This document shows positions 1-8,661 of a DNA stretch of 24,717 nt, piece after piece. This DNA is from a virus (Duplodnaviria; Caudoviricetes). Where the stretch lies: the IMG/VR virus record IMGVR_UViG_3300025610_000137, positions 1 through 24,717 of that record. The stretch is one strand, 5' to 3'. Position numbers and translations under genes: made by a program. Positions within the stretch are counted from its first letter, which is position 1. Every line of letters begins with the position of its first letter. Below the pieces are notes generated by a model. That model saw nothing but the letters and a program-made list of their open reading frames with translations. It did not search any database and was not told where the DNA came from.

Positions 1-33
1 ACGATACATCTGTATAACTGGAGGTACTGGCAT
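1..33 (-). CDS. 5' end of next tail-region gene (partial, MPVPPVIQMYR...)
   Basis: ATG at 33-31 directly follows the TAG stop of the 383-aa gene; frame is open to the window edge. Confidence 0.5.
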   Translation of the reverse strand, partial: MPVPPVIQMYR

Positions 34-1185
34 CTATGGAGTAGTTAAAGTGATCATATCCGCATCGCTCAGAGCCGTAGTATAGAATAGTACTTCCTTT
101 ATCCAGCTCGTATCGTTCTTGCCGTTCAGCTCAAACTCAGTTAGAGCAGCCCCAGCAGTAAAGGCAGCAGTACCCGCAGCTGCGGCCGTGCCGTCTAAAT
201 ATACCTTGGCGTTTGTTCCGTTCCATCTTACTGCAAAGTTTACATCGTCATAGCCGTCAGCGTCAGCCGTAAAGACCCCGGTTATATTGTTATTACTCCC
301 GGCCGTAGTGCATTGTATAAGGTTTTGGGTAAGCCTTATACGGTTATTCGTAGTCCCGTCCGATAGGATAAATAGATTTGCATTACCAGCCTCTACGTTA
401 ATCTTTGCCTTTATGTACATCGTCCCAACGGTAGCACCTAAAAGGCCGTTAGTAATAAGGTCCGTCAAGCTAAATACATCAGGCTGCCGAGTTACCGCCG
501 CGCTCGTTGTAGGAATATACCCCGTAGCGTAGTCGCCCAATTCTAACTGAGCGCCCCATACAATAAGGTCCCCAGGGTCCCCGCCTACGTTATTGGTTAT
601 CCTTATTTCTTCCCCGGTATGGCTTGCGCTTGTAGTGAACGTAAATTCAAAGCGCTGCCAGTCTGTAGTAGCCGTTAGGTCATCGCTGGCCGTTGTACTT
701 GTCCCATCGTTGTAGGCTAACCTAAAGTCCTTTGTACCGCTTGCTACTTTAGCCCATACAGACAAAGTGTAAACGGTAGACGTATTCATAGTTATAGACT
801 GCTCTACGCGGCTCGCCGCTGCTCCGTCTAAGGTTATTGTATCGGCGTCATCGCTGCCCCCTGGGCTTATCGTTGTGTCTGTTGCTACAGTTGCACCCCC
901 GGCCGTGGCCCATGTCGTACTAAAGTCCTCAGAGTATAGGCAGATATTAGTACTAAGCGGATCTAAACTAAGAAAAGGGCAAGCCCCTAAACTAAAGTCC
1001 AAGCCCGGTACATTGTCCGCCAAGCTCACTACGTTTCCGCTGGTATCTACCTCGGTCTTAATAGAGGCACGGGATAAACTTAGGTCCCCGTCCCCATCGG
1101 TAGGTATCTGGCTATAAGCCTTTCCAGCCTTGCGCCCAGAAGGGACCAAGACTAAAGAGGCGTCTACGTATTTGTCTAAAGGCAT
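34..1185 (-). CDS. Virion fibre/spike protein with carbohydrate-binding-like and LamG/ConA-like domains
   Basis: 383 aa, Thr/Gly/Ala-rich. Motifs NICLYSEDF, YTLSVWAK, WQRFEFTFT and WGAQLELGDYATGYIPTTSAAVTR are typical of phage fibre CBM-like modules; C-terminal beta-sandwich ends in FYTTALSDADM. Lies downstream of tail genes. Confidence 0.65.
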   Translation of the reverse strand: MPLDKYVDASLVLVPSGRKAGKAYSQIPTDGDGDLSLSRASIKTEVDTSGNVVSLADNVPGLDFSLGACPFLSLDPLSTNICLYSEDFSTTWATAGGATVATDTTISPGGSDDADTITLDGAAASRVEQSITMNTSTVYTLSVWAKVASGTKDFRLAYNDGTSTTASDDLTATTDWQRFEFTFTTSASHTGEEIRITNNVGGDPGDLIVWGAQLELGDYATGYIPTTSAAVTRQPDVFSLTDLITNGLLGATVGTMYIKAKINVEAGNANLFILSDGTTNNRIRLTQNLIQCTTAGSNNNITGVFTADADGYDDVNFAVRWNGTNAKVYLDGTAAAAGTAAFTAGAALTEFELNGKNDTSWIKEVLFYTTALSDADMITLTTP

Positions 1186-4160
1186 TAAATGCGGGCTTCC
1201 AAGTTGATAAACAAGCCGTCTAACTCGTCATCGGTTAAAACTCTTTCAAAGATACAAACGGCCGTTAGGTCCATTTCACAGAAGCCGCTGCCCCCATCGT
1301 ACCCAATAGTAGGATGTTTTATATGATCCGTTCCAAGCGAAGCAGACGTAAAGCTGTCCAAGTTCTGTCTAAACTTAGAGCTGGCCCCGTTTACTACTAA
1401 CTGGAATATTACAAACTGGTCCCGCGTTATAGTGGCCGTGGCCGTAGTAGCCCCTACCCTTATAGTAACATTATCCCCGGTCCCGGTGTAGATGTCAAAT
1501 ACTTTACCGCTGCTGCCGTCTGAACTAAGAATATAGCGGCCCGTGTTCGTTTCCTTCAGATTTATCGCGAAAGCAATAGTAAAAGGCTGCGTTATGTCTA
1601 AAGTAGAGTTAGCCAGGTAAGAGCTGGTACCGTTAAAGACCGTAGCAAATTTGCCCTTTTCGGTCATGGCTACATCTACCGCGCTGAAGTTGTGGCCGCC
1701 CGCTGAGAAGTCTAACCAGATTTGTATATCGCTTGGGTCCTCAAAGCCGCCGCCTTCTTGTAGTAAAAGCAATTCGGTAAGAGTAAACCTCGTTATATCG
1801 TAGGTAGATAAAGAAGCGTTTTTAAGAGTATTACGGCCGTCAGGTGCTAAGATGCGCGAACCCTCGGCAAGTACCCCGCTAATCGCTTGGCTCTCTACGC
1901 TTAGAGTAGTGTCCCCTATTAACGCATTTTCGCTCAGGGTAAACTCTGTTATACTTCCATCGGTCTGGACCACTTGTATAACATCGCCTGCAAAGCCCAG
2001 CGTAAAACGTAGGCCCTTAGCCATTGGTATACTCGTAATAGTCCCGGACTGTTCTTGAATCGTTAGGCCGTTTATAGGCGTTCCTATTGGGTTAGGTGCT
2101 TCGCCTACAATACCGCCGCCGCCAATAGCTCCCGAAGCTCTATTAAGGCCGTCCACTACGTCCAAGCTGACGTACTCAAATTCATTCGTAGCCGTGTAGC
2201 TTGTACTACTCTGCTCAAGCTCGTAGCTCTCTGTCTCTATAAAATTGGTACTCGCCGTTATTCTAAGCCAGTTCCAAAGGTAATTTTTAGTTACCGCTAC
2301 GGTAAAGGCTTTTATAGGGTCAAAGGTCCCGAAGTAGTTTAGATCAAATAGCCGCTTGGGTGTCTCCCGCAGTTGCATTGCAGTTACTACCAAATGCTCT
2401 AAAACGTCTTTGCCCGCAGCACCTACCCCGCGTATTTTCCAATTCTCAGAAGGAAACCAATCTGTATTAGTAACGTCATATATTTCTATCTGTCCGTTAC
2501 TCCCTCGGCTGTTTAACTGGTCCCCTATAAACACGCTGTCCAGCTCTTCTATTACTGTGCTTTCCGTGTCTACGGTGTTCTCTACTTTGTACGTGTAGCC
2601 GTCAAAAGGTTCTGTCCCATAACGCCCAGACATGAACGCCCGAAAGCCTCGGTTATCAAAGTAGAAGGTATCTGCTGAGGTTATAGAACCTAAAGACACG
2701 TTAGAATTAGTTTGCGTAGGGTCCTGGTAGTCCTTAAATTCTACTTCGTACTTTATCTCTAAAAGACCGCTTACCGGTATAGTAGCCGTTTGAAAGTCGC
2801 GGCCAGGGAAAGGCTGAGCTATTACTGTGTTTCCGCTTGCCGGTACTATAGCTACTTCCTGACATACCTTGAGCCGTGCCGCTGTTGTACTCCATACGCT
2901 ACTGCCTGGGCTTGGCCCTGGGACCATGTAGTAAGTTGTAGCGGTTCCCGTAAGCCTAACAGTAGCATAAGCCTCTAAATAGCAGTATTCGGTACTGGCT
3001 GTACTGTTTACAATTCGATGCCAGCGGGCTTGCAGTTGTAGGTATAAACCTAACGTAGTGCTGCTCCCTACATTACCAAACGCACTAAAGGTATTTACTG
3101 AGCGTAGAAATATAAGGTCCGCGCTGTTGATTGCGTTAGCATCGTAGCGTATACTAAATTCTTGTACCGCGGGTAAATAGGTCCAGCTGCTTTCTGTTCC
3201 TATTCTGTTGGTCGTTCCAGTTCCAAGCAGTTGGAAATTTGTAGTCCAGCTCGTCCCGGTTGAACTTATACCACTTGCTGCGCTGGGATCGCCTGACGTA
3301 TAGTTATAGTCGCGCTCGTATACATTGTAGCGGCTTGGGCTGTTGGCTACTTCGCCTATTTGCTCTATAACCCAAAGTCCATCGGCTAAGAATATACGCG
3401 CACCAAACGCCCTTAGTATAGTCCCTAACAGCTCGTCTAAGGGTCTATATAACTTCTCGCCGTCATTGTTTAAGGTGTAGTTAGTAAACTTTGCTTCTAA
3501 GCGGCTGTACGCTAAAGTATCTAACCCTACCGGCGGCGTAGTTGTATAAGTCCGGTCCTCGTACCAACGTACAGAAGTGCGTATAAAATCGTCCGTACTT
3601 GCCCAAAGCTGGCCACTATCTAAGCGCCGTAATATCTCGGCTATAGCGTCCAGGATGTTAGAGTAATTAACTACCGGAACCTTTAACCCCTTTAAACGAG
3701 CAAGGCCGCAAATGGCTTGTATTTCTACCGCCGCAGGGAATGACGTATAAGGGACCCGCATAAGGTCCTGAAGTATTGGCCCCTGCCAGTATAAAGAGCC
3801 GTCCCGATACAGACGAACGTAGAACCTTTGTTCCTGGGTGCTGGCTATGTCATCTATAAAACTAAGGTCCGCATTATCCTCAGCCATAAAGCTAAAGACT
3901 ACGCGGCTGCCCTTTATAGGTTTTAGGAAGTCATCGCCCCGCCCTCCATACTCTAAGCTAAACGCATCTGCGCCAAGGCTGAGGCGCTTAAATTCTACAA
4001 GCTCGTTAAGTTCTAAAGGAAGGCAGCCTATACCTATGACCGTGCCGCCGTCAGCCGTTACGCGATCGCTGTAGCTTTCGTAGTCCGTATCTATTACCGA
4101 AAGAATCCAGGTATATTTTTGCTGGTCATCGGTAAACGTGGCTTTATACTTCTCGCTCAT
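1185..4160 (-). CDS. Large tail tip/hub protein with C-terminal LamG-like domain
   Basis: 991 aa, immediately after the tape measure gene with ATGA overlap. N-terminal LYRDGSLYWQG resembles tail hub proteins; C-terminal FNGTSSYL...IFERVLTDDE is a LamG-like signature. Confidence 0.65.
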   Translation of the reverse strand: MSEKYKATFTDDQQKYTWILSVIDTDYESYSDRVTADGGTVIGIGCLPLELNELVEFKRLSLGADAFSLEYGGRGDDFLKPIKGSRVVFSFMAEDNADLSFIDDIASTQEQRFYVRLYRDGSLYWQGPILQDLMRVPYTSFPAAVEIQAICGLARLKGLKVPVVNYSNILDAIAEILRRLDSGQLWASTDDFIRTSVRWYEDRTYTTTPPVGLDTLAYSRLEAKFTNYTLNNDGEKLYRPLDELLGTILRAFGARIFLADGLWVIEQIGEVANSPSRYNVYERDYNYTSGDPSAASGISSTGTSWTTNFQLLGTGTTNRIGTESSWTYLPAVQEFSIRYDANAINSADLIFLRSVNTFSAFGNVGSSTTLGLYLQLQARWHRIVNSTASTEYCYLEAYATVRLTGTATTYYMVPGPSPGSSVWSTTAARLKVCQEVAIVPASGNTVIAQPFPGRDFQTATIPVSGLLEIKYEVEFKDYQDPTQTNSNVSLGSITSADTFYFDNRGFRAFMSGRYGTEPFDGYTYKVENTVDTESTVIEELDSVFIGDQLNSRGSNGQIEIYDVTNTDWFPSENWKIRGVGAAGKDVLEHLVVTAMQLRETPKRLFDLNYFGTFDPIKAFTVAVTKNYLWNWLRITASTNFIETESYELEQSSTSYTATNEFEYVSLDVVDGLNRASGAIGGGGIVGEAPNPIGTPINGLTIQEQSGTITSIPMAKGLRFTLGFAGDVIQVVQTDGSITEFTLSENALIGDTTLSVESQAISGVLAEGSRILAPDGRNTLKNASLSTYDITRFTLTELLLLQEGGGFEDPSDIQIWLDFSAGGHNFSAVDVAMTEKGKFATVFNGTSSYLANSTLDITQPFTIAFAINLKETNTGRYILSSDGSSGKVFDIYTGTGDNVTIRVGATTATATITRDQFVIFQLVVNGASSKFRQNLDSFTSASLGTDHIKHPTIGYDGGSGFCEMDLTAVCIFERVLTDDELDGLFINLEARI

Positions 4161-5737
4161 CGTACGCTGCGTCCTTCTTGCTGTCTTGCCCTATTGGTAG
4201 AGGTTACAAGGTTAGAACCAGATACAAAGAACTGGCCGAAGTTGCCGCCCATACCTCCGCCCCCGCCGGGCGTACCTAAAAACAGACCTCTAAAAGTAGC
4301 GCCAAAGCCGGTCCCACTAATAGGAGCAAGTACCGCCGCTAATATGGCCGCTGTTGCAGCTGCGGATATAAGTTGTAAAACAAGGTTTTTAAGTGCGTTC
4401 CCAAAGACTTCTACGAAGTTCTCGCCGTTTATTAACGCTGCTTCAAAAGAGGACTGCAATACCCCGCCGAAAGTCTCAGCGGTCAAAGCTGTAAAAGCTA
4501 ACTGCTCTTCAAATCGTCTTAGCTGTTCCTGGTTCTCTGTTAGGGTCTTTTGTATCTCTGGGTCTATGCGTATAATGTCCCCGAATTCAGTAGGCGGCCG
4601 AAAATCAAACTCACCCTTTAACTCAGCTTCGCCGGTCTCTTTGGATGTTCTGTTTTTGCGTATCTCTTTTCCTAAGCGTACAAAACTTTCTGTAGCCTTT
4701 TCTGCTTTATCTGCTACTTCGTCTATATTGTCCCCGGCTTGATTCATGCCGTAGCTTAAAGACCAGCCTGCAGTTTCGTTTAGCTTGTTTAACTCTTCTT
4801 CAAACGCTTTCGTCTTTAAGGCCGCTTTATCTAAAGCGTCTTGCATATAGCCCATAGAGATTAAAGAGGCTTGACCAAATCCGGTCATGTCGAAAATCAT
4901 AGCCAGCTTTTGGTACCAAGGCACGCCGCCGACATCCGATTCCAAGCCCTTAATAAGAGCCTCAGTACCTCTTAAAGTATCTGCGAGGGCTGTAACTAAA
5001 TCGCCCCAGGCCGAAGTATCGCCAATAGTATTTAGAAGGCTATCGAAGCTATCGCCAAGGTTTGAGACCTTACCGCCTAAAGTCTCAGAAATAGCAGCCA
5101 TAGAGCCGCTAACTCCCTCTAAGTCTCCTAAGCTCGTTATATAGTTCTCTATCGCGTCCGCGGTAAAGTCTACTTGAGTGGCTTGCTCTTTAAAAGTAAA
5201 GGTTACTTTATCGCCTTCCTTTTTAGACTTTATACCAAACTCTTTAAGGCGCTCAAATTCCCCGGTAGTGGCGTCTGCTACTGCCTCGGCTAACTGGTCG
5301 AAGCCTTTACCTACGGCGCTGGCCAGGTCCCCGTATTGCCTCATAGCCTCCATAGAAGGCTTTAGGCCGTAGTTAGTCAGCTTTACAAAGGCTCCGGATA
5401 ACTCAGCGACACTGAACGGCGTCATGGCCGCCATGTCCTTAATGTCTGCTAACGCTAACTGCGCGGCGCTGCTTGATCCTAAGGTATTGGTTAGAACGGC
5501 CTCGAACTTCTCAAACTCCGAGCGGACCTCTATAACCGCACGGGTAAAGCTGGAAATAGCTTGGATAGAAAAGGCTCCGGCAATAATGCCGCCTACTTTG
5601 CTAAAAGACTGTGAAGCGGTTTTTTCGCTCTGCTTTCCGGCATGGCCTATGGACTTCTCCATACGGTTTAGTCCCGCCTCTAACTTATCCAGCTTGGCGC
5701 CTATCTCTACATTTAATTCGCCTATAGTATTAGCCAT
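4157..5737 (-). CDS. Tape measure protein
   Basis: N-terminal IGELNVEIGA, tape-measure domain (AAMTPFSVAEL...GDLASAVG...GEFERLKEFGI), helical Ala/Gly-rich sequence, located after the tail chaperones. Confidence 0.9.
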   Translation of the reverse strand: MANTIGELNVEIGAKLDKLEAGLNRMEKSIGHAGKQSEKTASQSFSKVGGIIAGAFSIQAISSFTRAVIEVRSEFEKFEAVLTNTLGSSSAAQLALADIKDMAAMTPFSVAELSGAFVKLTNYGLKPSMEAMRQYGDLASAVGKGFDQLAEAVADATTGEFERLKEFGIKSKKEGDKVTFTFKEQATQVDFTADAIENYITSLGDLEGVSGSMAAISETLGGKVSNLGDSFDSLLNTIGDTSAWGDLVTALADTLRGTEALIKGLESDVGGVPWYQKLAMIFDMTGFGQASLISMGYMQDALDKAALKTKAFEEELNKLNETAGWSLSYGMNQAGDNIDEVADKAEKATESFVRLGKEIRKNRTSKETGEAELKGEFDFRPPTEFGDIIRIDPEIQKTLTENQEQLRRFEEQLAFTALTAETFGGVLQSSFEAALINGENFVEVFGNALKNLVLQLISAAATAAILAAVLAPISGTGFGATFRGLFLGTPGGGGGMGGNFGQFFVSGSNLVTSTNRARQQEGRSVR

Positions 5738-6038
5738 TCCGCATAAATTGTTTTAGCGCCTCTTTCGTATCGTTGTCTATGCCGTCTACCTCGCCCGCAT
5801 CCATCGGTAATTTAATAACGTCCTGCGGCGTTATACTGTGGCCCTTGCTCGCTTGGATGTTTACCATATAGCAAATACCCATCCGCCACCGGTGCCACTC
5901 CATTTCTTCGCGCCGTTGATGGCCTAACGCCCGGCGCATAAACTCCCGGTGCGTCATGGACTTAAATTCAGCCTCCCGTAGTGCTAAGTCCCCGCACGCG
6001 AGGTTTAGCAAGTCCTCCCACGTTAGGCTACTGCCTCC
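5730..6038 (-). CDS. Tail assembly chaperone GT C-terminal part (reached by -1 frameshift)
   Basis: The -1 frame from GGGGGAG reads GGSSLTWEDLLNLACGDLALREAEFKSMTHREF..., continuous with the listed ORF 5730..6011. Canonical position between G and the tape measure gene. Confidence 0.75.
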   Translation of the reverse strand, partial: GGSSLTWEDLLNLACGDLALREAEFKSMTHREFMRRALGHQRREEMEWHRWRMGICYMVNIQASKGHSITPQDVIKLPMDAGEVDGIDNDTKEALKQFMRNG

Positions 6039-6400
6039 CCCGTGTCCTCTTCCGTAGCTTTCGGTAGGGTGTTGACGGCCATAACAAGCACGTCAACGAT
6101 AGCAGCAGGATTAGCTTGTACATATCCTAAAGCGCTGTTTAAGTCGTGTTCTGGTGTGTCTTTCGCATCATCGCAGTAGGCAAGGTGAGCAGCTAAATAG
6201 ATAGCAGCAAACCCCTTCCAGTCTGATAGCTTGACCCGTGCGGCGGCTATTCGTTTGTCCTCTTCCGCCTCCCGGACCCGTTGGAAATATACGAGCGCAT
6301 CGCTTAGAGCTTTGTAGGTTTCATCTACATACTCATGACCCAGAATTTCCCCCAGGTGCAAGGATGCGCCGTTATTCCAAATAACTTTAGCTTGCGACAT
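6023..6400 (-). CDS. Tail assembly chaperone G
   Basis: 125 aa between tail tube and tape measure genes; ends in a slippery sequence. Confidence 0.75.
   Translation of the reverse strand: MSQAKVIWNNGASLHLGEILGHEYVDETYKALSDALVYFQRVREAEEDKRIAAARVKLSDWKGFAAIYLAAHLAYCDDAKDTPEHDLNSALGYVQANPAAIVDVLVMAVNTLPKATEEDTGEAVA
6035..6041 (-). other. Programmed -1 ribosomal frameshift site G GGG GAG
   Basis: Minus strand reads ACG GGG GAG GCA GTA GCC TAA; a -1 shift enters the downstream ORF frame with no stop. Confidence 0.75.
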
Positions 6401-6794
6401 CGCGGACGATTGCGCCGGTGATCTGAAGAGTAGCCGTACAAGTGCTTACCTCGTTCTTAGGACCGTCCCAATCCAAAGTAGAAACAAGGCAGGAACCAGT
6501 AAGAACCTCCGAACCAGTAGACGCATGACCGTAAACGTACGCGGTAGAAGTACCGCCCTCCCAAGCATCGAAGATGTCCCCGAAGTTGGCTGAACTTACG
6601 TCCGGATCAAAAAGAAAAGTAGCCGAGATAGTCCCGCCCTTTTCACCAGCCAAGTAGTCTTTAGAGCCATTGGACTCATAGTTAGTCGCATCAATCATGT
6701 CAGCAGACAATGATACGTTAGAGGTAGTTACCCCTTTCAAGAATGTTCCTGCGCCAAATTCAAGGCGGATAAAACGGCCGTCTATTTTCGCCAT
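6387..6794 (-). CDS. Tail tube (major tail) protein, TP901-1-like
   Basis: 135 aa; pattern KIDG...SLSADMIDATN...YLAGEKGGTIS...LTGSCLVSTLDWDGPKNEVSTCTATLQITG; synteny. Confidence 0.85.
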   Translation of the reverse strand: MAKIDGRFIRLEFGAGTFLKGVTTSNVSLSADMIDATNYESNGSKDYLAGEKGGTISATFLFDPDVSSANFGDIFDAWEGGTSTAYVYGHASTGSEVLTGSCLVSTLDWDGPKNEVSTCTATLQITGAIVRDVAS

Positions 6795-6816
6795 TATGTA
6801 GAGTTTTTATGTGCTA

Positions 6817-6824
6817 CAAAATTA
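6817..6824 (-). promoter_or_regulatory. Bacteroidota-type -7 promoter box (TAATTTTG) for tail tube gene
   Basis: Matches TAnnTTTG, 22 nt upstream of the ATG at 6794 and just downstream of a terminator. Confidence 0.65.
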
Positions 6825-6833
6825 GGCAGAAAC

Positions 6834-6861
6834 AAAAAAGGGCCTCATCCCTGAGACCCTT
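6834..6861 (-). terminator. Intrinsic terminator
   Basis: AAGGGTCTCA-GGGA-TGAGGCCCTT hairpin (one G-U pair) followed by a T-run. Confidence 0.8.
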
Positions 6862-6898
6862 CAAAACCTAAATTGTAACCCGATATGAGAAAGCTACG
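6834..6898 (-). ncRNA. Putative antisense sRNA-A
   Basis: Bounded by a TACATTCG box (6902-6909) and a terminator; 6861-6897 is complementary to 31 of 37 nt around the start codon of the 9715-9909 gene. Confidence 0.55.
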
Positions 6899-6901
6899 CG
6901 G

Positions 6902-6909
6902 CGAATGTA
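6902..6909 (-). promoter_or_regulatory. -7 box variant TACATTCG for sRNA-A
   Basis: Same TAnnTTCG-CC variant as the leftward promoter at 23092-23099. Confidence 0.45.
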
Positions 6910-7446
6910 TTAAATCTCTTCAACCCTTACAAGCCAGTCCAAAGTTACAGACCATTCGTACCGGCTGTCCTGGACCTCTGGTAAGACATAGTTTACCGCT
7001 TCTAATTGCTGAGTAACAATATTAAAGCCGGTTACTGTTATACTGTCGAAGGTAGTAGGCTGCATAAGGTCCGCTACGGTATCCCCGAAGTTATTGAGAT
7101 CCTCTGCGCTTATACTTGTCCGCTCTGCTACTATTGCACATTTAACGGATATAGCCACTTCGTATATAAATTCATCCTGCGGGCCAGTCTCGTTTGTGTT
7201 CAGACCATAGATAAAGATATAAGCCTTATCCGCAAAGGTTGGCGTTTGTGAAGTGTAGGCCGGTATATAAGAACCCGTTAGGCTGGTGTTATCGCTGAAA
7301 CAAGTGCTTACAATTATGGACCCGCCGTCATCTATTACGCGCTGGACGTAGTTAAGGTTATAGGCTCCCGCCAATTCCGGGGCCAGTACCTTGTCTTTAA
7401 GTAGCGTATAAACCGCTTTAAGAATTTGCCCCTGCGCTAACTTCAT
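6910..7446 (-). CDS. Tail terminator/completion protein (DUF3168/gp17-like) with an apparent insertion
   Basis: 178 aa directly upstream of the tail tube gene; ILKAVYTLLK N-terminal helix and AYIFIYG motif; synteny. Confidence 0.65.
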   Translation of the reverse strand: MKLAQGQILKAVYTLLKDKVLAPELAGAYNLNYVQRVIDDGGSIIVSTCFSDNTSLTGSYIPAYTSQTPTFADKAYIFIYGLNTNETGPQDEFIYEVAISVKCAIVAERTSISAEDLNNFGDTVADLMQPTTFDSITVTGFNIVTQQLEAVNYVLPEVQDSRYEWSVTLDWLVRVEEI

Positions 7447-8167
7447 GTAACAAATTTACGGCGGCCCGCGCCCCCTTGTCCATCCGTCCTACTATATCCC
7501 GATAGTCCTCTGCTCGTTCGTTTTGGTACTTCTTGAACTTCCAAATATTTGTCTCGCTCTTAATGTCCACAATAAACGGCCGTTCCTCTTCGAAAGTTTC
7601 CATCCATACCCCAGCGGCCTTAAATTGCTTTTCGCTTAGTAGGTCCAGCTGGTTATTCATAGCCTTGGGCCATATAGGGCCGTTCTGTAACACTTTATCC
7701 ATAGCGGCGGCGCTCCATAGCCTACCGGCTCCAAAGACGCTGTTTACGCTTGTATGGGTCATAGCTGTACTTACCGCCCTCTGGGTACTCGGTTCTATAA
7801 AGTAAACGGACCGGCATCCTACATACTGTACCCCTCTGGTTAGGGCCTCTTCGTAGTATATGTCTGCTTCCTCTATAAATACATCGTCTGACCCTATTTG
7901 TAAATAGTAGTCAAACCGCCCTTGCATTATATTTAAAATAGCTTCCTGCTTATAGCTTAAAGGCTCATTCTCGGCAAATACAGACGCATACGGATAGCCG
8001 TAATGGTTTACCACTTGGGTAAGGTCATCCGGAAGGGACCAGCCTACGCATAGCTCTAAGTCTATGCCCATATTTCGCCACCTTATACGCATGGCCTTAA
8101 AGCTCTCTAAAGCAGCTCTAAGAACTAACGGACGGCCGTATAACGGCATCCAAACCCCTACCTTCAT
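7418..8167 (-). CDS. Glycosyltransferase-like protein (GT-A fold, GT2-like)
   Basis: N-terminal VGVWMPLYGRP strand, NEPLSYK, DXD-type LQIGSDD, and GAGR motif. Confidence 0.65.
   Translation of the reverse strand: MKVGVWMPLYGRPLVLRAALESFKAMRIRWRNMGIDLELCVGWSLPDDLTQVVNHYGYPYASVFAENEPLSYKQEAILNIMQGRFDYYLQIGSDDVFIEEADIYYEEALTRGVQYVGCRSVYFIEPSTQRAVSTAMTHTSVNSVFGAGRLWSAAAMDKVLQNGPIWPKAMNNQLDLLSEKQFKAAGVWMETFEEERPFIVDIKSETNIWKFKKYQNERAEDYRDIVGRMDKGARAAVNLLHEVSAGANS
7451..7458 (-). promoter_or_regulatory. -7 box TAAATTTG, 4 nt before the ATG at 7446
   Basis: TAnnTTTG consensus; same geometry as 9585-9592. Confidence 0.5.
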
Positions 8168-8661
8168 CGAATAAATCTAAGTATTCGTTTAATCTTCTTC
8201 TTGTAGCCTGGTATAACCTTCATATAGGCCGGTCTTAAAAACGGCTGAGGCTTTGTACCTCTCTTTGCTATAGTCTTCTGTACAGCGTAGGCCGCGCCCT
8301 CGTCTCCTAACTTTCTCTTAGCCCATTGCTTTAAGGGTCCGATAGGCGCCCAATGTGGAACGCTCCCGAACTCTACAGCGGCCGCATATTTCAAAGCCGT
8401 ACCGACTATATAAGTAACCCGCGCAGCTTGGCCCCTGAGCCTTCGGCTAATCTTAACGGATCGCGCTTGGCGTTGTACTTGAATAGATGAACCTAACCGG
8501 CCCAGGTTGTGGGGTGCTTTACGTGCTGCTAACTGCTGGACCTCTAAGGCAGCGTACCCAGTTTCCTGCTCTATCTTCTTAGCCACTCGGCCGCCGTAGG
8601 CCGATAGATCGCGCATGAGCTTGTCTATTTCACGCTGGTCTACTTTGAACTCTATACGCAC
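8164..8661 (-). CDS. HK97 gp10-like tail completion/neck protein
   Basis: APHNLGRLGSSI, YAAAVEFG and GTKPQPFLRPAY are signature-like motifs. Confidence 0.85.
   Translation of the reverse strand: MRIEFKVDQREIDKLMRDLSAYGGRVAKKIEQETGYAALEVQQLAARKAPHNLGRLGSSIQVQRQARSVKISRRLRGQAARVTYIVGTALKYAAAVEFGSVPHWAPIGPLKQWAKRKLGDEGAAYAVQKTIAKRGTKPQPFLRPAYMKVIPGYKKKIKRILRFIR

Noticed and set aside
4119-5756. Several plus-strand ORFs opposite the tape measure gene
   Set aside because: Antisense shadows of a well-supported gene.
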